This document shows, piece after piece, positions 1 through 8,329 of a stretch of 64,000 nucleotides of DNA. Every line of letters begins with the position of its first letter. The stretch's first letter is position 1. The position numbers and the translations under genes are program-made. The notes beneath the pieces are model-generated. The model ran no database searches, was not told the origin of the DNA, and saw nothing but the letters and a program-made list of their open reading frames with translations. The DNA is from Planctomycetaceae bacterium (GTDB lineage: Bacteria; Planctomycetota; Phycisphaerae; Phycisphaerales; SM1A02): assembly GCA_044508635.1 (NCBI GenBank), contig JBIQHI010000004.1, positions 5,476 to 69,475 on the forward strand, read 5' to 3'.

Positions 1-823
1 CAGCGAGAATGATCGTCGCCGCCGCGTGATTGCCCACGAGCCCCGGCGCCATCTCCGTGACGACAAACGTCTCGCTGGTGAGCGACGACGAAATCTGCGG
101 CAGCGGGCGCGTGCAGAACGGCACGAGCAAGCGCGGGTCGGGGCTCTCTGCATCGCCCGGCGAACCGAGCGGCTCGGGCTGCGAAGGATCGTCAGCGAAG
201 GCGACGTAGCCGGACACAACGTACGGCGCGTTGACGCGCAGGCGCTTCACGCCGATTGGGCCGCGCAGTGATGCGGCGCAGATGTGATCGGAATCCTTGC
301 CGGGGAAATACGTCGTGCTCCACAGGCATGCGGACGCCTGCAATCCCCACACGTGACTGTTGGCGTGAAACGCTTCGCGGCGTGTGGGAAGATCGATGAT
401 GCTGTCGGCGTCGTCGGTGAGGCTTTGAACGATGGAGTGGAGCGCCTTGCGGCTGCCGGCGTGCGCCTGCACGAGCCGATCGAATTCGACGATGGCGCGG
501 GCGATGCGATCGAGTCGGTCAGCAGGCAAGCCGCGGGCGCGGGCGGCTTCGATGACGCGGGCGACGGCAAGCGAGCCGGGCACGCTTTCAATTTCCTCGA
601 TCGGGTTGCGGGCGCTGGCGAGGCGGTACAGCTGCCAGGCGACGGTGGCGCGGATGTCGAGGGCGCGCTGGAGGTCGGTGGCGCTGCGGATGGGGTGATC
701 GCCGCGCAAGGCGGAGAGAGCCGTGACCAACCCCGAGCACGCGCCGCGGAGGTCGTCCATCACCCGCCTGACTTCGATCTCAAGGGGCTGGGTTTCGCGA
801 TGGGTCGAGGTTTGGGTCGTCAT
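1..823 (-). CDS. hypothetical protein (N-terminal 274 codons; 3' end cut by window edge)
   Basis: Absent from the supplied ORF track because there is no stop inside the window. Hand translation of the minus strand from ATG at 823 gives MTTQTSTHRETQPLEIEVRRVMDDLRGACSG...RNPIEEIESVPGSLAVARVIEAARARGLPADRLDRIARAIVEFDRLVQAHAGSRKALHSIVQSL... It stays open to base 1 and has balanced composition. The listed + ORF 284..1189 is Gly/Ala/Asp/Arg-rich antisense-type sequence. Confidence 0.55.
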   Translation of the reverse strand, partial: MTTQTSTHRETQPLEIEVRRVMDDLRGACSGLVTALSALRGDHPIRSATDLQRALDIRATVAWQLYRLASARNPIEEIESVPGSLAVARVIEAARARGLPADRLDRIARAIVEFDRLVQAHAGSRKALHSIVQSLTDDADSIIDLPTRREAFHANSHVWGLQASACLWSTTYFPGKDSDHICAASLRGPIGVKRLRVNAPYVVSGYVAFADDPSQPEPLGSPGDAESPDPRLLVPFCTRPLPQISSSLTSETFVVTEMAPGLVGNHAAATIILA

Positions 824-848
824 GGTCTCCGCGGTCTCTGGCGTCTTT

Positions 849-1158
849 CTACGGCCTGCACGACTCGCCGCTTCGCCGGACGAGTCGTGGCACCGGGTAG
901 CGCCACCATCGGCCGTGTGTGGCTATCAGCACCCTTCTGCGGCCCGCACGACTCGCCGCTGCGCCGGACGAGTCGTGGCACCGGGTGTCCCACGATCGGC
1001 CGTGTGTGGCTATCAGCGCCCTTCTGCGGCCTGCACGACTCGCCGCTTCGCCGGACGAGTCGTGGCACCGGGTGTCCCACGATCGGCCGTGTAGGCGGCA
1101 TTCAGCACCCTTCTGCAGCCCGCACGACTCGCCGCTGCGCCGGACGAGTCGTGGCACC
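849..1158. repeat. 3.5-copy tandem array of an 87-89 bp unit, each unit carrying a 9-bp-stem hairpin
   Basis: Units start at 849, 937, 1024 and 1113 (the last is partial). The core CACGACTCG-N13-CGAGTCGTG occurs at 859, 947, 1034 and 1123. Copies 1 and 3 read CCTGCACGACTCGCCGCTTCGCC; copies 2 and 4 read CCCGCACGACTCGCCGCTGCGCC, giving an A-B-A-B pattern. The inter-hairpin segments are also conserved, so this is not a CRISPR array. Confidence 0.9.
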
Positions 1159-1368
1159 AATCTTATCGTGCGGGCCGGGAATCCGTTGACCAAATTTTTG
1201 AACAAAACTTCAAATAATGGGTTCGCACGGCAATTGTTGCGCATTACCTTGGGGACCTGCCTCCGTGAATGAGGCACAGTCCAAGGGATGACGGTCTGCA
1301 TCGGGCGGGCCGTCGCCTGCGGACATGACCCCACTATCCGGGCAAACGAGGCCCCGAGGAGATCCGTG

Positions 1369-2064
1369 ATGATGCTCACCCCGCTCGCCGCCGCCGCCAC
1401 GATTTCGAGTGCGATTGTCGCCGGCCCCACCACCTACATTGAGACGTTTGACGATGGCATCAACCACACCGAGTGGACGTGGGACCGCACGACGTTTGGA
1501 TCGGTGGAGCTGACGGGCGGGAATCCGGATGGCTTTTTCCAATCCATTCTCACGGGGGCGCCGGCGCTGTTCAATTCCAACGCCATGTTCACCGGCGACT
1601 TCCGGGCGCGGAAGGTCGGCTCGATCGGCGGCGACCTGGCGACCAAGCAGTTCACAACACCGGCGGGCGTGATTTCAATCGCGCTGGGACATCACAACGG
1701 CACAGACACGCCGTTCGACGATACCTACGCGTACTACGTGTCGAACATTCCGTCGCCGACGAACGAATCGTTCGGCTGGGTGTCGTTTGATTTTGCAATT
1801 CCGTTTGACTCGCTGACGACGCCGGACGGCTGGCAGCTTGGCGGCGTGCTTCCGCAGATTCCGCCGAGCGCGGACTGGAACACGGTGATCACGCACGTGG
1901 ATGAGATCATCATCTCGTGGAACGATCCGTCGCAGCCGGTGCTGCTGTTTGACGTGGTGCGCGGCGCGGACAATTTGCGCATCACGTACAACGTGCCGGG
2001 CCCGGGCGCGGCGGCGCTGCTGCTGGGTGTTGGCGCGGTGGCGCGGCGTCGGCGTCGTGGGTGA
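1369..2064 (+). CDS. secreted protein with PEP-CTERM-like C-terminal sorting tail
   Basis: ORF 1288..2064. The likely start is the ATG at 1369, which has GGAG 9-12 nt upstream and yields the signal-like N-terminus MMLTPLAAAATISSAIVAGP. The C-terminus VPGPGAAALLLGVGAVARRRRRG (Pro-rich motif, hydrophobic helix, Arg cluster) has PEP-CTERM architecture. Confidence 0.7.
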   Translation: MMLTPLAAAATISSAIVAGPTTYIETFDDGINHTEWTWDRTTFGSVELTGGNPDGFFQSILTGAPALFNSNAMFTGDFRARKVGSIGGDLATKQFTTPAGVISIALGHHNGTDTPFDDTYAYYVSNIPSPTNESFGWVSFDFAIPFDSLTTPDGWQLGGVLPQIPPSADWNTVITHVDEIIISWNDPSQPVLLFDVVRGADNLRITYNVPGPGAAALLLGVGAVARRRRRG

Positions 2065-2159
2065 TGGGTTGGTTGTTGGCGATCGGGGGATCGTGCGCTG
2101 GTGAGCGGAGTTTTGCTAAGCCGCAAGCGGCTTGGGGCGAGCGGCTGGGGCGAGCGGCT

Positions 2160-3758
2160 TTAGTTGCAGTTGCCCCAGGCGCCGAGGAGGTAGGCGAGGT
2201 CGGCGGCGTCGACGATGCCGTCGGGCGGCGGCGCGAACGTGGCGCTGCTCACCATGTCGGCGGGACACGGGGCGGCGAACGTGTGCTGGATCGTCATCGG
2301 TGTGCCGTTCACGTGGCCGTCGTTCGGCGTGACGGTGACGGAAAGCGTGTCGCCCGCCTTCGCGGTGGATCGCGGGAGCGCATCCATGTGGCCGGCGCTG
2401 GTGATGTCGCGCACGATGCCGCCGTTCACTTTCCACTCGTAGCGGAAGCGCACGACGTCGAAATCCTTGTCCGCCACGGGCCTGGGCGCGGTGACGCGGC
2501 AGATGATCACTTGATCCGCGTTCGGCGTGAACGGGTCGAAGGACACGAAGATGTCTTCGGGCGAGCGATTGAATGACGGGTTGATCGTCGTGACGACTTC
2601 GAACGCCGCGTCCACAACTTGCTGACCGGCGAGGTAGAAATTCAGACGCCACGTGCCCGGCGTGGTGGCGACGTCGGGGATGAAGATTGGAATCGGATAC
2701 CAGAACCAGAACCACGCGCTGCGATAGGCCACGGCGTTGCTAACCGGCTGGCTGCCGGAGTCATACGCGATCGTGCCGTTCGGCCGCTTGAAGACCGTGC
2801 GAAACGTGGTCATGGCGGGCATGTTCGCCGCCTGGAACCAGAAATAGAGATTCTGATCGGTGGTGAGCACCTGCGCGTTCACGGGAAGGCGATCGGGCAG
2901 CGGCGGCTCGGAAGGAATGTCCGCAGTGCTGATGCCGAAGTCGTAGAGGTACAGGCTGCTGACGAATGGATCCTGATCACGGAAACCGCTCGGCACGGCG
3001 TTGCACGGGCCGGCCATCGGATCGCGCGGCTGGCCGAGGAAATAGGTTTCAAAGTGGAGATGCGGCCATGAACTGTTGCCGCTCGAACCCGCAAGGCCGA
3101 TCTGCTGGCCTTCCTTGACGAACGAGCCGATGCCGGGGAGACCGCTGCCGCTGCGCAGGTGGAGATACCACGCTTCGACGCCGTAGCCGTGATCGATGAT
3201 GACGTAGTTGGACGGCTGGCCGAGCGGCACGGTGTTCATGTCGGGCTCGCCGTCGTGCATGTCGATGACGACGCCATCGAGCGCTGCGAAGACGGGCACG
3301 CCGATGGCTTGTTCATCGAAGGTGCGCAGGTAGCGATCGGTGCCGCGGTGGGTGTCGTAGGTGAGTGACGTGCAGAGGAAGTCGAGGACGCCCGCGGTGT
3401 TGTCGTGATCGAAAAAGTTCACGTCCACGGCATCGCGCGATTCGGTGACGCCAAGCGGGTAGAACGCAAAGACGGGGCTGGGCGCTCCACCCGCCGCGCC
3501 GCCCTGGAACGCGGGGATGCCGAGGCGTTCGCGGTTGTCGGCAATGCGCTGCGTGACCGCAAGGCGCTGCGCGAAGGAGACGCAATCGTCATGTGGCACG
3601 ACGATCGGTCCTCCGCCGGCAAGTCCCGGCTGCGCTGGATGCGCGGCGGCGACGGGCGCTTCGTGCTCGGCGTGATGGCGCTGATCGGAGCGAGCGCCGG
3701 GACCGCAGTGCATGGCCATAAGCATCGCAGCGGTCGCCAACGGAATTGCGAGCGGCAT
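2160..3758 (-). CDS. M23 (LytM-type) metallopeptidase with C-terminal dockerin-like tag
   Basis: 532 aa. M23 motifs IIDHGYGVEAWYLHL and GSSGNSSWPHLHFE are present. The N-terminus is signal-like (MPLAIPLATAAMLMAMHCG), and GGAGGAG lies upstream of the ATG. The C-terminus is CPADMVSSATFAPPPDGIVDAADLAYLLGAWGNC. Confidence 0.85.
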   Translation of the reverse strand: MPLAIPLATAAMLMAMHCGPGARSDQRHHAEHEAPVAAAHPAQPGLAGGGPIVVPHDDCVSFAQRLAVTQRIADNRERLGIPAFQGGAAGGAPSPVFAFYPLGVTESRDAVDVNFFDHDNTAGVLDFLCTSLTYDTHRGTDRYLRTFDEQAIGVPVFAALDGVVIDMHDGEPDMNTVPLGQPSNYVIIDHGYGVEAWYLHLRSGSGLPGIGSFVKEGQQIGLAGSSGNSSWPHLHFETYFLGQPRDPMAGPCNAVPSGFRDQDPFVSSLYLYDFGISTADIPSEPPLPDRLPVNAQVLTTDQNLYFWFQAANMPAMTTFRTVFKRPNGTIAYDSGSQPVSNAVAYRSAWFWFWYPIPIFIPDVATTPGTWRLNFYLAGQQVVDAAFEVVTTINPSFNRSPEDIFVSFDPFTPNADQVIICRVTAPRPVADKDFDVVRFRYEWKVNGGIVRDITSAGHMDALPRSTAKAGDTLSVTVTPNDGHVNGTPMTIQHTFAAPCPADMVSSATFAPPPDGIVDAADLAYLLGAWGNCN

Positions 3759-3895
3759 GGTTTCTCCTCCTCGTGCGCGGCGAGCTGCGGGTGCAGCTTT
3801 GGCGCGGAACGCTCATTGTGAACGAGCGGAGCGCCCAGCGCCAAGGAAAAAGCGATGGACGAGGGCGAGGACCGGGAATGACGCGAATTTTGATG

Positions 3896-3925
3896 AGAAA
3901 AACCCACGGATGGAATCCGTGGGCT
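3896..3925 (-). terminator. Rho-independent terminator downstream of 4004..6403
   Basis: The minus strand reads GCCCACGGAT-TCC-ATCCGTGGG followed by TTTTTCT. Confidence 0.6.
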
Positions 3926-4003
3926 TCGTGGGGGTTCAGGGTGTGATTGTCGGCGTGCGGTATCCGCAGGATTCGCACATTGATGTTTGCGGCCCTGGGT
4001 GCG

Positions 4004-6403
4004 TCAGTCGCACGCGCCCCACTCGCCGAGGAGGAACGCAAGGTCGGCGGCGTCGACGAGCCCGTCGGGCGGCGGCTGGAACGTGACGTTGGAGACGACG
4101 TCCGCAAGCGAGCCCGCGTTTGCGCCCCATTCGCCGAGCAGGTAGGCAAGGTCGGCGCCGTCGACGAATCCATCCGACGGCGGCTGGAACGATGACGAGG
4201 ACACGAAGTCAGACGCGCAGAACGTCGGCTCTTCGCAATCGACGAGCACGATCTTGATGTCATCGACGCCCGCTTCGACGATCGAGCCCTCGCCGAGGTC
4301 GCGCGCGACGAAGCGCAGCTTGATGTTGGCGGACGGCGTGACGAAATCGCTGACGCGGAAGTTCTTCTCCACCCACGTGCCGGCGTTCTCGGCGACGTCT
4401 TCGAGGAGCGTCCACGTCGCGCCGTTGTTGTTGGAGATGTAGACGGGCATGGAGTCGGCATTCGGCGCGGAGCCCTGGTTGTTGGAATACCAGCGCGCGT
4501 ACTGGATGAACGCGACGCCGTTGCCGGTGGCGTCCATGGGCGGAGAGGTGAGCGTGGTGACGCCGCCGTCCACGTCGTTTTCGCCGATCGCGCCGCCGGG
4601 CGAGCCGTTGCCGGTCACCCAGCATTTCGTGCCACTTGGCGAATGGTCAGCGGAGGGCGCGGCTGCGGTGCCGATGGGCGTAACGAGCGCCCATACGCCG
4701 CTGGTGGCGTTGTCGCCGGCGGCGCCGACCTGCCAGCCGAAGTTGGCTTCGCACGCGTCGTCGTGGGCGATGGTGAACGTGTCGCCGACGGTGAGCTGGT
4801 AGACGCCGCCGGGCTGGGCGACGGGATCGCGCCACGTGTTGCCGGGCTGCGACTGCGCGGAGACGTAGAACTGCACGGTCGTGCCGCACGGCAGCTGCGG
4901 GAAGCGGATGTCGTAGCTTGCACCGCCGTTGTGGACGAGCGGCGTGGTTTGCCAGCCGTCGCCGGCGTTGTAGTGGAGCATCGTGGCGCCGGCGACCGGA
5001 CTCCCGCCGGTGTGGCTGACGACGTTGACGGGGATGGTGGCGCCGAACCCTGCGAGCGACTCGGGGAAGCCTTGCGGGTAGTCGAACGTGATGTCCGCAT
5101 CGCCGAGCTTCCACACGAACAGGCCGCGTTCGAGATCGCTGCCGATGATGGTGCCGCTGGGGAAATACGGATACGAACTCCACAGGCCGTTGTACGACTT
5201 GCCGTCGTCATCGGGCCACGTGTCGAAGAACGCAATTTCCGTCGGGGCCGTCTGATTGGAAATGTCGAAGACGCGAATGCCGCTGCGATAGTTGGCGGCG
5301 AAGAGCGTCGAGCCGCGCACATAGACGTTGTGCGTCACCGCGGGCGAGCTGTTGAACGTCTGGCCGACGTACGACACATTCGCGGGGTCGGCGACGTTGA
5401 AAATCACGGTGCGCGAGTTGATGTTGTAGTCGCTGCCGGCCACTTCGTCGTTCAAATAAAGATACTGGCGGTCTTCGGAAAGCCAGCACTGGTGCGAATA
5501 CGCCGCCTGCGGATAGAACTCGCGGTCGAGATTGATGATGGCGGCGGGGTTGGTGACATCGAGCACGTCGAGGCCGGTTTCCACCCAGCCGGAGTTGAAG
5601 CCCGTGCAGCAGAAGGCGATCGTCTTGCCGGCGTATGGCCCGGAGTCGTACGTGCAAATCTCGGCGTCGTGCACATAGCGATCATCCCACGAGCCGACGA
5701 ACACGGGGTTGGACTTGCTCGCCAGCGGCGCGAGCGCCGTGGGCTTGAGCGCGTAGATGCGGAGGCCGCGATCGGGACCGCCGCAGCGATAGAGATAGCC
5801 TTGCACGGTGTCGAGCGCGACGTTGTGCGTCTGCGGTTGGCCACCGGTGGTAATGGTGTTGACGAGCGTGACGACGCCGCTGTCGATGTCCGCCAGACTG
5901 ATCACCTGGATGCCGCTGCCGCCTTCGCTCACGGCGTAGGCGTGATCTTCGTACACCTTGATGTCGCGCCACAGGCTGTTCGGCCCGCCGATGACGGTGA
6001 TCAGATGCGGCTCGCCGGGGTCGGTCACTTCCACAACGCCCGTGCCGTGCGACAGGCCGATGAGCGCATACTCGCGGCCGCTCGGGGAGGTGTAGCCCCA
6101 GCAATCGTTTCCGCTATCGATTTGCGGCGCGAACTCCGGCAGCGATATCCACCCGCGAAGCGTGACGCCTGACGCGGGGAAGGCGCCTTGCATGCCGGCG
6201 CCGGCGATCGAACCTTGCGCGGTGAGCAGCGTCCGGCGTGCATGCATGGGAGAGGACGCCTGTGGCGGTGGCTGGTACGACGGGCCACGGAACGGCGGCA
6301 CGCGATCTTTCAATTTGGGATCATCCTGATGCGCGAAGCTCGCCGATGCGATGGTGAGAACGCACAATCCGCTCGCAACGAGACGGCCGGTGGCAGACTT
6401 CAT
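4004..6403 (-). CDS. secreted beta-propeller protein (LVIVD / choice-of-anchor-B-like) with two dockerin-like repeats
   Basis: 799 aa with signal peptide MKSATGRLVASGLCVLTIASASFA. GNDCWGYTSPSGREYALIGLSHGTGVVEVTDPGEPHLI...WRDIKVYEDHAYAVSE resembles the choice-of-anchor-B / LVIVD signature as I recall it. The C-terminal 71 aa hold two F-Q-P-P-x-D-G-x-V-D-x-A-D-L-A-x-L-L-G-E-W-G repeats bracketed by Cys. Confidence 0.75.
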   Translation of the reverse strand: MKSATGRLVASGLCVLTIASASFAHQDDPKLKDRVPPFRGPSYQPPPQASSPMHARRTLLTAQGSIAGAGMQGAFPASGVTLRGWISLPEFAPQIDSGNDCWGYTSPSGREYALIGLSHGTGVVEVTDPGEPHLITVIGGPNSLWRDIKVYEDHAYAVSEGGSGIQVISLADIDSGVVTLVNTITTGGQPQTHNVALDTVQGYLYRCGGPDRGLRIYALKPTALAPLASKSNPVFVGSWDDRYVHDAEICTYDSGPYAGKTIAFCCTGFNSGWVETGLDVLDVTNPAAIINLDREFYPQAAYSHQCWLSEDRQYLYLNDEVAGSDYNINSRTVIFNVADPANVSYVGQTFNSSPAVTHNVYVRGSTLFAANYRSGIRVFDISNQTAPTEIAFFDTWPDDDGKSYNGLWSSYPYFPSGTIIGSDLERGLFVWKLGDADITFDYPQGFPESLAGFGATIPVNVVSHTGGSPVAGATMLHYNAGDGWQTTPLVHNGGASYDIRFPQLPCGTTVQFYVSAQSQPGNTWRDPVAQPGGVYQLTVGDTFTIAHDDACEANFGWQVGAAGDNATSGVWALVTPIGTAAAPSADHSPSGTKCWVTGNGSPGGAIGENDVDGGVTTLTSPPMDATGNGVAFIQYARWYSNNQGSAPNADSMPVYISNNNGATWTLLEDVAENAGTWVEKNFRVSDFVTPSANIKLRFVARDLGEGSIVEAGVDDIKIVLVDCEEPTFCASDFVSSSSFQPPSDGFVDGADLAYLLGEWGANAGSLADVVSNVTFQPPPDGLVDAADLAFLLGEWGACD

Positions 6404-6496
6404 GGTTCGCTCCCGTCGACATTCTGGCCGCTGGGCGATGCGACCTGGTTCGATCTTACAGCGAGCCTCCCGATTGTCACGCGAAAAAATCGCCCG

Positions 6497-8233
6497 TCAG
6501 TCGGCGGGAGGCGGCGACGACGGCTTCGCGGGCGGCATGGCGCGTGTGCGGGCCCGGCCGGCGCTGAATGAGGCGAGCCACTGGCCATCCGCGCTGAAGA
6601 GCTGGCCGCGGTGGTTCCCGTAATCGAGCACGACAACGCGGCCCTGGCAATCAATGCCGACGGCGGCGGGCAGCCAGAGTTCGCCGTCGCCCGTGCCGCT
6701 CTTGCCGAAGGCGCGAACGAACTGACCGTCGTGGTCGAACTGCACGATGCGGTCCCCGCCGGCGTCCACGATGAACACGCCCGCCTCGGCGAAACATGCC
6801 GCGACCGGAAAGATCAGCTTGTCGCCGTCTTCGCCGAGCGCGTGCAGTGACATCAGGTGACGCCAGCCGGGTTTGAACACGTCCACGCTGCGCGATTGCT
6901 CGTCAATGACGAGCGCGCGAGTGAACGTGGGATCGACGCTGGCGGCGATCAATTGCATGCGCTCCCCCGCTGCGTTCGCTGGTTGCCACGGCGTCCACTC
7001 GTCGTTCGAGGCGCTTCGCACAAGAAGTTGGTCGGCGGTGCGGTCCGTGATGATGAACTCGCCATCGCGTGACACCGTGAGGCCATCGAGCGTGGCGTGA
7101 TCGTTCATGACGAGCGCATGCAGCGGCACCGAGCGCACGAACTTCGCCATGGTCGCATCGAATTTCGGCGGCGCGGCGGGATCAAAGTTGAGTTCAACGA
7201 CATCCATGCGCTGCGTGCCGGCGTCAAGCACGTAGATCGTCTTGCTCGCTTCATCAATCGCGAGGCCGGCGATGTTGGCGAACTGGCCGAGCTTCGTGCC
7301 GTAGCTGCCGAAACTGGTGATGTGGATCGGCACGGGGCGGCCCATATCGAACACGAGCACGCGGCGAAGTTCGGGCTCGGTGATCGCGCACAACCGGCCA
7401 TCCACCGCCATCACCCGGCCGAAGTGTGATTGCACATCGAGCCGCGAGCCTGCGGGCGTTTCATTGAGCGGATCGCCGTCGCGCACGCCGAAAATCTGCA
7501 CTCGGCGTTCGAACAACTCGGCGACAACGACGAAGCTGCCATCGGGCGAAACGGCGACGTCGTTGGGATAATGAATGCGCCCTTCGCCCTGCCGCGGCAC
7601 CATGGCGTGTTTGCCCCATTCATAGAGGAACTCGCCGCTGGTGCTGATCGCCTGTATGCGGTGGTTCTGGGCGTCGGCAACGAGCATCGTGTTCGTGCCG
7701 GGCACCCATGCGATAGCGGCAGGATCATTGAACTGACCGGGGTTGGATCCGAATCCGCCGAGCGACCACAGCACTGCGTTCTCGTTGCCCGCATCAAGGC
7801 AGACGACGCGATGATTGGCGGCGTCGACGACGAAAAGATGCGACGCGTTGTCGGCGGCGAGGTCGACGAGTTTCGGCTCAAGCGGGAAACGCGCATCCGG
7901 CGGCAGCGTGATTTCGCGCAAGCGCCGCTGCAGTTGTTCGGTGCGTGACACGCTGCCTGTGAGCGCGAGCTTCAATTCATTGCCATCACGATCGAACAGT
8001 CGGAGCGAGTGACCGTAGCCGTTGCCAAGTGTGTCCTCGATGAGGATGTGATGGTCATTGTCCACGGAGACAGCCGCGGGCCAGACGTTTTCGATTTGCC
8101 GGAGGAACTTGCCGTAGACCGGTGTGGCCGGCTGCGCGGCTGGCGGCGGCGTTGGTTCCTGCGGCGCGGCGAAGGCGAGCGGCGCAAGCATGCTGACCGC
8201 GAGCGCCGTGATGATGAAGGAAGCACGCATCAC
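6497..8233 (-). CDS. secreted NHL-repeat beta-propeller protein
   Basis: 578 aa with signal peptide MMRASFIITALAVSMLAPLAFAAP. NHL-type blades recur: AANHRVVCLD, AQNHRIQAIS, FERRVQIFG, GTQRMDVVEL, GGDRIVQFD, GNHRGQLFS. Confidence 0.85.
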   Translation of the reverse strand: MMRASFIITALAVSMLAPLAFAAPQEPTPPPAAQPATPVYGKFLRQIENVWPAAVSVDNDHHILIEDTLGNGYGHSLRLFDRDGNELKLALTGSVSRTEQLQRRLREITLPPDARFPLEPKLVDLAADNASHLFVVDAANHRVVCLDAGNENAVLWSLGGFGSNPGQFNDPAAIAWVPGTNTMLVADAQNHRIQAISTSGEFLYEWGKHAMVPRQGEGRIHYPNDVAVSPDGSFVVVAELFERRVQIFGVRDGDPLNETPAGSRLDVQSHFGRVMAVDGRLCAITEPELRRVLVFDMGRPVPIHITSFGSYGTKLGQFANIAGLAIDEASKTIYVLDAGTQRMDVVELNFDPAAPPKFDATMAKFVRSVPLHALVMNDHATLDGLTVSRDGEFIITDRTADQLLVRSASNDEWTPWQPANAAGERMQLIAASVDPTFTRALVIDEQSRSVDVFKPGWRHLMSLHALGEDGDKLIFPVAACFAEAGVFIVDAGGDRIVQFDHDGQFVRAFGKSGTGDGELWLPAAVGIDCQGRVVVLDYGNHRGQLFSADGQWLASFSAGRARTRAMPPAKPSSPPPAD

Positions 8234-8329
8234 CGCATGAGTGTATCGAGCGCGTGCCGCCGCTACACTGCCCGGCCGATGGCAAGCAATGAATCACGAC
8301 ATCATGACGCAACGCCGGGGAAGCGGCGC

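Noticed and set aside
849-1158. A possible CRISPR array, given regularly spaced palindromic repeats
   Set aside because: The segments between the hairpins are themselves conserved between units, so there are no unique spacers. The period is 87-89 bp and there are only 3.5 units. No cas genes are in the window. It is a tandem repeat.
284-1189. The 301-aa + strand ORF, and other ORFs crossing the repeat array (820..1101, 849..1433, 919..1272)
   Set aside because: These are Gly/Ala/Asp/Arg-rich antisense-type or repeat-derived sequence, with the same peptide reiterated. The minus-strand frame 1..823 looks like genuine coding sequence instead.
2118-2159. The hairpin AAGCCGC-AA-GCGGCTT followed by the duplicated 13-mer GGGGCGAGCGGCT between convergent genes
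   Set aside because: The stem is short (7 bp) and has no T-run on either strand. It may still act as a weak bidirectional terminator, but I cannot support that from sequence.
4643-6172. Long antisense ORFs opposite recognisable genes. Examples: 4643..6172, 8294..9778, 13175..14371, 17823..19355, 26138..26998, 29102..30295, 31002..32618, 36906..38042, 42219..44108, 44342..45583, 46533..47405, 50703..52139, 56302..57612, 57691..59418, 61869..63704
   Set aside because: These are typical high-GC shadow ORFs, very rich in Arg/Ala/Gly/His/Asp with no motifs. Each lies fully opposite a gene with strong family signatures.
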